From NCBI GenBank assembly GCA_965637545.1, contig OZ281495.1, positions 4,340,001 to 4,404,000 of the forward strand: a stretch of DNA of 64,000 bases, written 5' to 3'. This document shows positions 1-12,060 of the stretch, in pieces; the stretch's first letter is position 1, and the number at the start of each line of letters is the position of its first letter. The position numbers were made by a program, and so were the translations under genes. Below the pieces are notes generated by a model. The model saw only the letters and a program-made list of their open reading frames with translations. It had not been told where the DNA came from and did no database searches. This DNA comes from Phallusia mammillata. Taxonomy: Eukaryota.

Positions 1-146
1 ATTCTTGCCATCAGTTGCTAAACGGTGGTAAATGGTAAAGAGTGCTTAATGTCAAAAATACCTAGTTATAGACCTATTCGAGCTGTGTTATATTACATTG
101 TATTTTAAATTGGCTACTAAACTAAACATATTACTTTTGCGTGCAG

Positions 147-2247
147 GAGTTTGAGAGCTGCCAACCTCATAATATATGTTGTTATGCCGGCAATCGAGGT
201 TTACTCGGCAAAGGAAAATTTGGTTTTGTCCGACTCGGGCAAATGAACGGCAAAGATGTTGCACTGAAATGTTTTAACCTGAAATCAAGACCATTAGGAG
301 TTTTACTAACACCAGAAAAGTACGTGGGTTTGTTTTGTAATTTAACCCGTAGTTTGAAATGTGGGCAGAACACGGAAGTACGTCAAACCGCAGATAAACT
401 GTGGCTAGAGTGTGCTGTGCTGACAATAAATACTACGCCATGCGAAATACAATGACCAAATAGACCTACTATGTGGCAGCCTGCAATGAAACGTCCCACC
501 GAAGGCTTGTACCTCATTAGTGATGAAGTATGCCACTTTTTAGGTCATAATAAGGAATTGCATTATTCATTAGTTTATAGTTATATGAACCATGGTATGA
601 CTTATTGGTCAATAGGATCATGTCTATAACCCCCATGCGTCCTAGTGTACAATTGCTATGTATAACTAAGCAGCATTGCCTTAATTTTCAGAATTTCAAA
701 TGAGTTCGAGTTGCTTTCCATGACACACCACGAAAACGTTGTAAAAACATTCGGGTTAACGCAATGGAATGAAAACAATTGGATGGCGATTGTGACGGAA
801 TATTTGCCCTGCGGTGATCTTGCAAGGATTTTGTATGGCACAAGAGATGATAAAAGCAAAAATTATGACATCAGCTTTCCTTTGCAAGTACGACTAATTT
901 ATGACGTTACCAAGGGGGTGGAGCATTTACACAATCTTTCGGGAGGAGGTCACGTGGTTCACGCAGACTTGTTATGTAACAACATTTTACTGACCGACAA
1001 TCTTACATGTAAAATTGCTGATTTCGGCAGCGCATGTTATTTCAGTGATGATAAGCAAGAAAACGGAAAGAAAGTCCCATTTCCAGTCAGTTTCTCTGCC
1101 CCTGAGCTTGTCAGTGACATGGCATTCCCGAGCAAGCAGACAGACGTCCACAGCGTAGGTACGGTTATCCAGGCTGTGCTCTACCGGTTTCGGCCATTTT
1201 CACATATTTTGTATGGCCCTCCAGTTAGTCGCGAGGAAGCTAATGCCGTAGTTTTAAACAATGCACCATTTCCTGATGATGAACGTGCGCTTATCCGTAG
1301 TAAAGCCAAACAACAGGGATACACGGATTTGTTTACTACGATTGAAGCAGAGGGAAATAGATGTCGAAGTCAAAGGCCAAATGACCGCCCACAGATTACT
1401 GATGTCCGTGAAAAATTTTGCTGTCTACTTAAAAAACACTACCCTACAGGGGACGAAATCCAAACCATTGTGAAGTTGGTAAATTTTCAAGGAACTTCAG
1501 ATGAAACTAAACTCGCTCCACTTTCAAAATTTTGTCCGGAAGATGGAGGTTTACTTCCAAATCGAAATGGTAAGCAACAACCACAAATTAAGAGAAAAGG
1601 AACGAAAAGCAATGGAGTGTGTAGGAAGCGAGTAGCAAGTCATACCAACGAGTCTATATCTTCTAAAACATCGTCGACAGGTAGGTGTCAAACAGTCAGC
1701 AATAAATCAGGGGCCTAATCTTTGACAATATCGTCCATATTTTAATAAGATTGTCCCCATTGACTAAGAAAGTCACTACAAACTGTGTGGTTTCATTGAA
1801 TTTAAAGTTAGTTTCATGCCTCTTTTCGAAATACATGACACACAAAAAAGTATAAGCAGCATGGAACTTTTGTCAGGTCAGGAGGAGATAAATGACAGAC
1901 ACAGAAGAATTACAAGGCAAAACCAACAAAGGAAACAACCAGCAGACAACACATCTACCTTACATACCTTGTCAGCAGGTCAGTAAAAAACAATACCAGG
2001 GTAACAAAAGATATTCGCTCACAAAAAGTAATTTGATAAGCATGTCTTTTTGTAGCTTGTTACGATGATCCAAGAACAATTACATTTTATATTTTTTATT
2101 AGTTTTTGAACAGAATGCTTGCAAACACCGAGTCCAACTTCAAAACGGTTTAAATGTTCCATTCAAAATGGGCTGCAAAGAGAGACGAAAGAAAAATCCC
2201 TTTTACAAGATCAGTTCAAAAGTAACAATAACAAATCCGTCCAATGA
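147..2247 (+). CDS. RIPK/TKL-like protein kinase, spliced; 5' end probably upstream of the window
   Basis: Exon 147-319 has GKGKFG and VALK. Intron 320-691 (GTACGT...TTTTCAG) joins in frame to TPEK-ISNEFELLSMTHHENVV. Exon 692-1680 has HADLLCNNILL, KIADFG, SFSAPE and DVHSVG. The ORF reads to a stop at 1718, but a donor at 1681 and an acceptor at 2113 give a plausible last exon 2114-2247. The segment FPLQVRLIYDVTKGVEHLHNL resembles RIPK2/RIPK4-type kinases (from family knowledge, not a search). Confidence 0.85.
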
Positions 2248-3187
2248 AGCTTCGATGCATAAAGTATAGTACACATAGTACCAAGATGCAAAATAGAAAA
2301 AAATGGTTTATTTAGAAAACAAGCCAAAAAGGTGATTTATGTTTAATGATTAAGATTATATTTTGAGGCTACTGTATTTAACTTGGATTATGTGAATTTG
2401 CACTTGTTTTAGTACAAACGCTTCTTTACTTTTACTCTTTTGTTATTTAGGCGCCACTGGTAATGCATAACAAACAATTTTATATTACAGCAACGGAAAA
2501 AAATGGTCGGTTTGGATCCCAGTAGTTCAGTTATTCTGTGAAATTATTTTCTTTTTTATGTTTGGTCGCATTTGTATGCCACTGGCTTTTTATGGATTTA
2601 TCGTCAGTTCTAAAAAATTAGCATCTACATTGTGTAAAATAGCATCATTGTTATAATGTAAACTAGCTCGTCCTACTTTGTACTTGTAATTTCATAGTAT
2701 ACTGTAAGTTTTGCTGAATTCGCATGTCGGTACGGTTCTGCGCTTTTTTGCTTTGTGTGAAAAATGAATATACACTCGTTAAATACTTTTGAAACATTAA
2801 CTGTTGCATCGGAAGATTGAACATCTTGACTGCAAATTAACTGTTGAAGTAACATGTGTATGTTATGTTTACTTGCTGCGTTGTATGTACATTTTTACAT
2901 CCATTTCGCTCAGTGAAATGAATAGCCGATCACACAGCAAGAATGAACAAAAACAAATCTACTACTGAACAAAGTTATCCCCATATGTTCCGTTGCACTA
3001 CAAAGACCTACATGGTTTCACACTACACTTTTTACAAAATAGTTTTCGGTGTTGTTCTGTAATTATCTAACAAGTATAAATGGTAGTTGTGTAGAGTTCC
3101 AATGGAACTAGGAGATTTGTTGCTATTTTGTTTTGATCACCAAGTGTAAAACACAGTTGCAAAACACCATTTAACGCCTAAAGCAAT

Positions 3188-3263
3188 GCGTCGTCTGCAG
3201 GGTGTCGCAACTCACCACAAGGTGTCGTTTGTTGACCACATAGTGTCGCTGTTGAGCAGCAAG
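3188..3263 (-). repeat. Dispersed repeat core of about 75 bp, inverted relative to copies at about 32935-33005, 34915-34980 and 50123-50190
   Basis: The reverse complement reads CTCAACAGCGACACTATGTGG...TTGCGACACCCTGCAGACGACG, matching CTCAGCAGCGACACTTTGTG...TTGCGACAACCCCAGCCTGCAGACGAC in the other copies. Confidence 0.7.
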
Positions 3264-3278
3264 TTATACTATTCAACC

Positions 3279-3871
3279 TCAGTCAAATATGATCTGTTTA
3301 AACTCTCCAGGTTCCCAAGTACTTTCATTAACTTTGCTATGCGTAACCTGATCGGAATTTCTTGGACCCCAATACTTATCTTTTGCGTAGATAACTGTCC
3401 ATGTCACTGTTTCTACCAAATCTGTATCACATACTTGAACTAAATATAATACTCCTTGGTACTCTGTTGCCCAGGTTGTATCAGTAGGTGCAAAGTCGAA
3501 AGAACCACAATTGCACCCTGCAAAAGTGTTATGGTAGTTTTTTCATTCCATGTTTTTTATTCACGACGTACAAGTCACATGACGAAAGGCAGTTTGGCAT
3601 AAATTTAACTTGATGACAAACGATTCTACTGAGTTAGTAACACGGGGGTATCAACAGAACCCAAGTTTTATTATAAAACAATCATTTCTCTATTGTGGTC
3701 TTTTGCAAAATATTACACGGTGATTTTTTGTGACAAATTGTCGAATTTAAATTGTTACTTTTTTTGTTGTTTTTGCTTGACATCACACAATCAAGTTATA
3801 CGTAGCAACTTACCTAAGCTTGTAACCGTTCCACACCAAACAATGACAAAAATAAAGCACAATTCAATCAT
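3279..3871 (-). pseudogene. Inverted truncated receptor-family copy: signal peptide plus partial N-terminal domain (about 98 aa; pseudogene or short secreted form)
   Basis: Minus exon 3871-3814 encodes MIELCFIFVIVWCGTVTSL followed by GTAAGT. Exon from 3517 (TTTTGCAG acceptor) encodes GCNCGSFDFAPTDTTWATEYQGVLYLVQVCDTDLVETVTWTVIYAKDKYWGPRNSDQ...FKQIIFD*, clearly homologous to exon 2 of genes A/B/E. No downstream family exons found. Confidence 0.8.
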
Positions 3872-5809
3872 GTTAATCTATCTATTTCAACAGAAAGAGA
3901 TTCAGTTTAAACGATCACTAGCAAAAAGTTAAAAAGACATTTGTTTGCTTAAATTCGATCACATCAAAATTTTCCGAAAATTGCAAACAAACAACAATTA
4001 GGTTTACAGCCAAGTAGACTTGAATACAATAAAATTAGCAAGTCAAAAAAGGAGTGAGCACAAAAACATTAGATTTAGGCACTATATCTCTGAATGCTAA
4101 TGTATGGTTAAATTATTTTTTAAACATATCAAACAAAAACCAAGAAAAATTTTGACTGTTCTGCAGATATTGCGAATGCATATAAAATAAGCCACATCTA
4201 GCGTTGCTGTGGTTCTATGTCCATCCGAATCTCTTGAGGTTTGCTTATATGCAATTGTGATTTAAACGGGAAAAAAATAATAAAACGCTTTCATATTTTT
4301 ATTGACCAGAGTAAACCGAAAACTGAATGTTGTGTAAATACCTTTGTAAGAAAGAAAATCCTGAATGGATTTTTTGGTCGATTTGGAATATCCATGCTAT
4401 ACGGCAGGGTTGGGTTATGCATGTGTCTTTGCCCTTAATCTGCTGCTTTCGAGAACTTGAAAATAATTTAACATCGCATTATGCTTTGTAAACGATGTTC
4501 ACAAACCTGTAGAGTTAGCTGCAACTAGTATAAAAAATTTTATCAAGATCCGAATATACTTGTGAAGTAGATTGAAATAATAAATATTTAAAAACAAACA
4601 AGTGATTTTCAAACAATTGCTTTATGAGGTTTCACCTTTATATTTAATGTGCTGTTGCATATTTGTATCGAGTAAAATTATATCTCCATAAAAACAAGCG
4701 GACGAACTTGAACCGTAACAACTGGCATATTTTGACTGGTATATTTTGCCCGACCGTTTCTTGTCTAAAATGCGTAAGTGGAAAGTTACTGTGTTTGTTT
4801 GTTTTTGCCTGGTGATAATCACTTTCGCTGTGACAGTGACACAATACGGGCGAAATGCGTGTGAGAACAATGAAGTCGGGTTGACGAATTAAAAACTAAA
4901 AAGAAAACGTTTATATAAGGATATGGCTCATTCTTTATCACTTACAGCAGATTTTTTTCTGTCTAAGTATGCAATTGCTTCCTCGTATTTTTTCTATGCC
5001 TTGTGTTACTTTTGTCAGTGTGGTAATGGATGAAAAAAAAATTTTGCATCAAAATTATTGTCATTCTAATCTTTATGTGAAAGAAACGAAAGTCGATGTG
5101 GACTTTGTAGCGACAAATATTGCACTTTCAAACCTTTGTTTCTCTTTCGCTCAAATATGAGCAAATAAATTTCAACAAGGGCTGCATCGGCCATGTAGGC
5201 ACGTATAAATATTATAGATGATATCGTTTTATGTTCGAAACTTCTTGGCCTATTAGTTACCAATTATCTTCAAAGTTGCTTATGTGATCGGCGTAGCGGT
5301 TCCACATGACATTGTCACAGATTTCTTTACAGCCCTGTCGGTTCGAGTAGCAATGAAAATTCTCCACCAGTGATGTGACTATTACTCGATGTTTAATTCA
5401 ATGTTCATATTAAAGTCTTTGTCTCTCTCTCTAAATGTTTACCATGGAATTGTCCATGTAGGCACATATAAATATCAGATGTGATTGTAAACGATTTAAC
5501 GTCTTTTATAACGGCCTTTGACAATTCGTTTGTAAATAGCAGTCTGGTGTTTTGCTCACCTTACGATCGTCTAAAAACGTGTCCGAAACTCGCTTCTATT
5601 GTTTGTCTAAGGCCAAGCAAGCACGTAAACGCTTTAGTTTCATTTTACAACACCATTGTCAGTGGAAAATACTTCAATGTTCGAATGGGTTATATTCGAT
5701 AGCTTTTGGTATGTGGCTGTTCAGATACATGTTGCTGTAGCCAGCCAAACTGTGTTCATTGGTGATCTGATCAGGTTTTGAAAAAAACAATCACATCAGT
5801 TAGGCAAAC

Positions 5810-8800
5810 ATGAGATTGAGGGTTTCGTTAACGTTTTTATTGTGTGTTTTACTTAATGCGGAATTCACATTTTCAAGTAAGTTTGTGTTTTAACAATTTG
5901 TAATTTTATTTTCTCAAAAAAAAATATAGGCCTATATATATATATATATATACTTGTTGTTCGTTATCTACAGGTTGTAGTTGTGGCTCCTATAACTTTT
6001 TTCCAAACCATACGATTTGGGCTTCACAATTCGAAGGAATAATGTATACAGCCGAATTATGTGATGTTTATGGGGTAAAGTGGACAGTAAACTACCCGGA
6101 AAAGTATTGGGGTTCACGAAGCTTTGATCAAGCTACGTACAGTCAATCTAGTGGAACTTGGATAGCATTTAAATACACCGAATTCAATTCATCGTTGGTG
6201 ACAAATGGAAGTTGTATTGTAACAGCATTGGAAGTGACAATACCAATGAACCAGTCATTTGATGGCATAAATTTGCAGCTGACTTCTTATTGCCATTGGT
6301 GTACTTGTCGTAATAAAGATTTTGTAGTAAATATTCAAAGTATGTTAAAAATCATTTTTTGCATCCGTAAGCGGACTTTAAATATCGAAACTATTACAGA
6401 TTGCAATCAAACACTGCCGGATGACGTAGTGGTGACATCATCATCTGGTTACGATTTTAACTCATCTGGAAACTTTTGTTGTCCGAACGACAAAAAACTT
6501 TTTTATTCCAACGCCATGGAATTGAATGATAATGAAACTGTTTGCTTACAATCAGCCCAATGGTTGGCTCAGGATGGACTACAATGCTGGAGTGGTATGG
6601 GTTAAGTTTTATATTTTCACAGTACCCAAAATTGAGCGCAAACCAAACTTTTCAAATTATAAATATAAAAATACATATGATTTTATATGATCCGGAAGCA
6701 CAAGTATGGGATTCCGAACACTAATACTTCGCCACACTTGTGCTTTGCCTTTCCCTTTTTTGATTACCTTTTATTCTTAGTTTATGTCAGTATTTGCATC
6801 ATTTTCAGAACCAAACGTTACGTTACAACACAATTTAACATCCTGCAATGTGGTTAACGCAACAGTGAGCTTTTCATGTTTGTACGATAACGCATTGCCA
6901 CAAGGAAATATGTCAAGTTTCGTCATTGATAGCAAAGTTCACAATGTTATAAAAGTTGAGTAACAATAAGCTTTTCATAAAGTGAATGTTTATTTGGTAA
7001 TAGACATTGTTTAGGTTTGCAATGTTATATTTATCTTTAAGGGCAAACCTTATTTACTACATCTTCAACAACAACAAAATGGTTCAAAAATATTTTGTCA
7101 AGCTCAAACACCTTTTACAGGAATATATTCAGAAACTGGAAAATCTGATATCATCACCATCAATGTATTTTGTAAGTTGAAATTAAGCATTTTTCTATTG
7201 CATTGTTTTGACTTTGCCAACACCTCTTTAGCACAACCTGGAAACGTGAAAGCAACAGTTCAAACTTCGGATAAAGTAATAAAGTCTGGAGCAACAATAT
7301 TTCTTAATTCAAATCAAATCGTCTCGCTTTATTGCACAAGCGACATGAATTTCGCCCCTTGCGAATGGAAATTTAATGAAACTAAGTTTTCTAAATCATG
7401 TGACGTCAGTCAACACTTGAACCAATCAGGATTTGTCTCGTGTAGTGTTTCAAATTGTGCTGGATTCAAAGAAAGTGAAAGATACGAAATAATTGTGGTA
7501 GAACCAAGTGAGTAGTGTAATTTTTAAGTGATATGTAATCTGAATACGATGTAACAAAATATTTACTACAGGAACAGCAAAAATTATTCAAACAGACCCT
7601 TCAATTACTAAAGGACAAACGTTGATGTTAATTTGTGAGATTGATTACCAAAATGAACTTAACACAACCTTTCATTGGATCACTCCACCGAACGTTATTC
7701 CCTCCAGTGGTTCAACTTTACATGTGCAGAATATTACGCGATTTGAAGGCGGAAATTACTCTTGTACAACAAGTGACTTATTTCAAACTTCCTATATTGA
7801 TATTCGCATTGACGTTCTATGTGAGTCGATTTAGAACATCTTAAAGCTAGCTGTAGCTTTGTGTTATCTACTTCCGTTTTAACATTAAACAAGATTTGAC
7901 TGGCGAAATTACACTTGCATTGATGACATTAAATTTGGTATCACGCAAAGCACGGTGTTTGTGGATGTTTTATGTAAGTGTGGAAAAATCGTAACAGGCA
8001 CTGTAGCGTAATTATGAACTATTTTTGGTTTTAGTTCAACCAGTATCAGATTACAGCAGCACTGTTGAATGCACTCCTAATGATGTAGTGAACGGAACTT
8101 GCATATTTCAATTTTCATCCAATCCTTCGCCTAACAGCTGGACATTAACTGCTAATGGTAAAAATGCGAAGTTCTTAAAGTGCCCACAGTTGATTTCAAC
8201 TTATTTTGCAGGCAAGGGAGTTTATTGTCCAGATTGTTACATTACTCACCACAATTTACAACAAACGTTTTACTTCTTGGTGGTACGTGAAATTAAACAT
8301 GCAAAGTTCACATTTTTGGTTTTCTGTAGTAAAATCAGATAGATCTCAACGAATGTTTTTCTTTTGTTTTCATAACTTTGCTCTTCGCTTTTCATTTGCA
8401 GCCAACATCTATAACTGAGGAATACGAACTCATTCTTAGATCGAGTTTATTTCCTCATGCACCACTCACTGTTTATATCTACCTCACTTTTATTGACCCT
8501 ATTCCACCAGACGACACGAATGATGATCAAACAGTTATAATAGCTGCAAGTGTTGTTGGGGGCATTGTTCTTGTTGCCATGGTGATTGCAGTCGTATTTT
8601 TCTATCGACGAAATTACATTCAGAAAAGATCAGGTTGGGACAAATTTATTTCTGATTGTTCGTGGAATGACCATAAACTTTTATTGCTATCATTGAGTTT
8701 TGTTTTTGGCCCCGTTTGCTCTTTGAATGGACGGATGTTGTTAAGTAGTACGATTTGTTAGATATAGGCGACCAATGGACGCTGTGGGTGTTATTTTCGT

Positions 8801-9323
8801 TTTTTGTTGACTCGACAAATTTATTTTTGTTTGGCGACGTGATAGCCATAAGCTTCTGTTGTTATTATGAATTTTCTTTAAAATACAAGAATGTGGAAAC
8901 CGAATCCCTTTGCCAGTCTTTACTTTTGCTTTTGTCGACTGAGGTTAATCCGTTCCCGATGCTTTGCAATTAAATTTTTAGGGAAAAGCACCAAACAAGA
9001 AGACTTATACATGAACACGTCAGCAGATGGAAAGCAACAAGATGCAAAACATAATACAGAGTTTGCGATGCCAGAAAACCATTACGAAGAGGTAGACAAT
9101 ACTGTCTATGAAAACGATGGTAGGTTATGTTAGAAAATAAATTATGATAAACATATACTTCTTTAAGCTGTAATTATGGTTTTACAGTCGATAAAGCCAC
9201 CTCAAACTATGAAACTGTGTCATCGAATATCAAAGAAGAACACACATACGGTTTGACAAAACCTCACACATTTTGTCTTTAATTTCTAACACTTTGAATT
9301 GTTTTACAGCTACTGATATCTGA
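5810..9323 (+). CDS. Receptor A: type-I membrane protein, SP + N-terminal domain + sushi + 3 Ig + membrane-proximal domain + TM + tyrosine-motif tail (about 689 aa)
   Basis: 13 phase-consistent GT-AG exons: 5810-5876, 5974-6339, 6400-6594, 6809-6954, 7042-7171, 7232-7507, 7572-7820, 8035-8157, 8212-8282, 8402-8633, 8982-9119, 9188-9250, 9310-9323. Sushi ends TVCLQSAQWLAQDGLQCW. Ig F-strand motifs include GGNYSC. TM is VIIAASVVGGIVLVAMVIAVVFFY followed by RR. Tail has LYMN, HYEEV, VYEN, SNYETV and HTYATDI*. Confidence 0.85.
5933..5952. repeat. (TA)n microsatellite in intron 1 of gene A
   Basis: Run of TATATATA... directly visible. Confidence 0.9.
7885..7974 (+). pseudogene. Remnant 3' half of an Ig exon inside an intron of gene A
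   Basis: Translates TRFDWRNYTCIDDIKFGITQSTVFVDVL followed by GTAAGT. It matches the end of the last Ig exon of E (27217-27480) but has no 5' half or acceptor. Confidence 0.75.
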
Positions 9324-10492
9324 GGCCAGAATCACTTTCTAAACCAATTCGACGGTCAAGTTACATTGTTACACTTTTCAACACAAAAATTCACTGTTTG
9401 TTTAATCTGATTTTGACTTTTGATTGGTAGAGTAGCTGTTTATTGTTTATGATTTTTCATCGGATGCATGATTTCCTACATTTAATTGCTATTGTGTGTG
9501 TGCAATTGCCAACCAAGCCGTTTGTTTAAACCTCGAAATAAATTCACAAAGTTTTATAACCCTTTGTGCAAACATTTACAATCTGGCTGCACTGCGGAGG
9601 TTTCCTTACAGTTATTGGTCACTGATATTTCCCGTCATATTCTGTTTTTAGCCGTTTTTAGATGCTAATTTAAATTTCTGCACCTTCTTATTTTGTAACA
9701 AGACGTTTATTATCTTGATTTATCTTGATGTTTTTGCAATTCCAGTCTACACATTGTGAATATGGAGTCGAAGTTGAATGCAATTGATTCGACAATCTAC
9801 AATTTTTGTTGTATTTTATTTTGCATTTATTAGCCACAAGGTATCGCACCGAAACACGTTTCTAAATATTAAACTCACAAACTGACTGTTCTACATTTTT
9901 TCGTGTAATTTCCAGTGTACCCATTTACATTCTGTTTGTTTGCCAGAGGTTTCATGACAATACGTGGTCACTGATATTACTTAATTATTGATTTTTTCCT
10001 TATATTTTACGACGATAACTTACTTGACTGCGTCGATTGCATGTTAAAACAGAACAAAACTTTTCCATCTTGGTCTTTGAATGACAATAATCGTAACATC
10101 AATTGTATTTCGTAAAAAAAGGAGTTTGAAAATGGTTGCCATTGCAAAAATTATAAAACAAACAAATAAATGTTTTTCTCATTGCCAAATTTGGCTCATC
10201 GAGTGTTTTTTTGGCTCATCGAGACATTGCTCGTAATATGTGTTTGCATGCAAATGCAATATTTCCACAAGATTTATTGCATACAATAACAAAATAAATT
10301 TGCACACTTATAAAGTGCCGGTGAATAGCAACAACATCGGTATGGCATTATTGTTAGACCCATCTACGTTTATTATGCTGAAACCAATGCTGATGAACAC
10401 ATAATGTTAAGGCTTCGCAAACGCGGAACGGGGTTCAGCGCGTTTTAACAATTAATGTAGAGTTTAGAGTAAAATGTCCTAAGCATCTACTC

Positions 10493-10651
10493 CACGGGTC
10501 GGCAACGTTTTAGGCGACCCGTGCTAATTTTCTTGTTATTTATATGTGGAAATGGCCTCTCGTGCCACCGTTTTTCTGAATAATAGTGGTTCGTGCCAGT
10601 AGATATCAATAATAAAGAGAAAGCATGGTTGCCAAGGGTTGCCGACCCCTG
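10493..10651. mobile_element. hAT-type MITE (about 159 bp)
   Basis: TIRs CACGGGTCGGCAAC ... GTTGCCGACCCCTG. Flanked by a near-perfect 8-bp TSD, ATCTACTC / ATATACTC. Confidence 0.8.
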
Positions 10652-10664
10652 ATATACTCAATGT

Positions 10665-11200
10665 GCGAAATAATTATGATAAACATCTTCTTAAAGGTTT
10701 TATGCTGGATTATGGTTTTTGTAGTCCATCAAACAAATTCAAACTATGAAATTGTGTCTTCGCACATCAAAACAGAAAACACATAGGCTACGGTTGGTAA
10801 ATACCAAACTTTTTTTTATTGTTTGATTTTCTGATGGTTCATATTGTTTTACAGCAACTGACATCTGATGGCACTATTAAATTTAAAACCAACCCATTTG
10901 TATAGTCCTAAACTAGATTCTTACATTTTACAACACAACAATTATGACTGTCTCAAATTTACTGTCTGCGTTTTTGTGTCGTTTTTGCTTTCGTTGAAAG
11001 AATCGATCGTTGTGTTATTGTAAAGTATGCATGTTAATAAACTGCCTGATTTCCCATGTTTCATGGCAATGAATAATTATCTTCGTTTTTGGTGCAATTA
11101 CCATCTGTTCAGATCTGGATATAAAACGCATTTCTTTATAGCCCACCTGTAATTCGTTGGGTAAACATTCAAAAGTTGTACGTTTTCGGTAGGTTTTATT
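10665..11200 (+). pseudogene. Orphan duplicated 3' end (last two tail exons plus 3' UTR) of a B-like receptor
   Basis: Exon from 10725 encodes VHQTNSNYEIVSSHIKTENT* (TAG at 10784). Terminal exon 10855-10868 encodes ATDI*. Downstream sequence matches B's 3' region near 15450-15720. No upstream exons found. Confidence 0.8.
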
Positions 11201-12060
11201 CCAAAGGTCGGTCAATTCATCGCATTGTATAATTGTAGCTATGTAATACAGCCTACATACATAAAGCATGTCACAGCTTTATAGTAAACTTTTTGAGTCG
11301 CTTGTACAAATTAAAGTTAAACGAACTCTTGAAATGTTTTTAACACATTTCTACGTTCTGTAACTTAAACCAAACAAATAACTTAACCGTCGAACAGTTG
11401 TTTTCTCCATGACGACACATCCAAACATACATTGAAACTCAAACTATTGTTTCCATTTTTACAAACGTTTACTCAAGAGGTGTTGTTATCAAAACAAGAA
11501 AATTAGGTATGCAATATACATACCTTTATCTATATTAGTGCTTAGTATTAAAACTACTTTCTCAGTTTGTGTTTTGTACCTTAAACTTTATTTTACTTTG
11601 AAACATATCTTACTTTTGTACTAATGTATTTTTGTACGTTTATGTGTGATACTATTTAATTAAAAGTAGTTTTTTGCACAAAGCTCTGCTGCAGCACCCA
11701 ATGTTAACATCTCCCCATCTGTTGTGAATCGATTTACTTCACAAGATGTGATTCTGAACAGTTAAACATCCACCATAAACGTCTGACAGTTGACCTATAA
11801 ACATAAGATGTAGAATTTTCCACAATTTAAAACGCATATAAACGTCCCGAAATAACAGTTTATTTCGCATCTGTTGTTTTTATTGGACCAACCACGCAAT
11901 AAAACATCGGTTTCGACGTTTACAGTAAAAACGAACATATGTTGGAGTAAAGTGCTAAATTGTGCGCTGGTCATGCAAACAGGTAAGAGGTGAGCGCTGG
12001 TCATGCAAGAGGTGTTGTAGACAACGGAATTTTAAAGCATTTTATATTTCCAGAGTGAAC

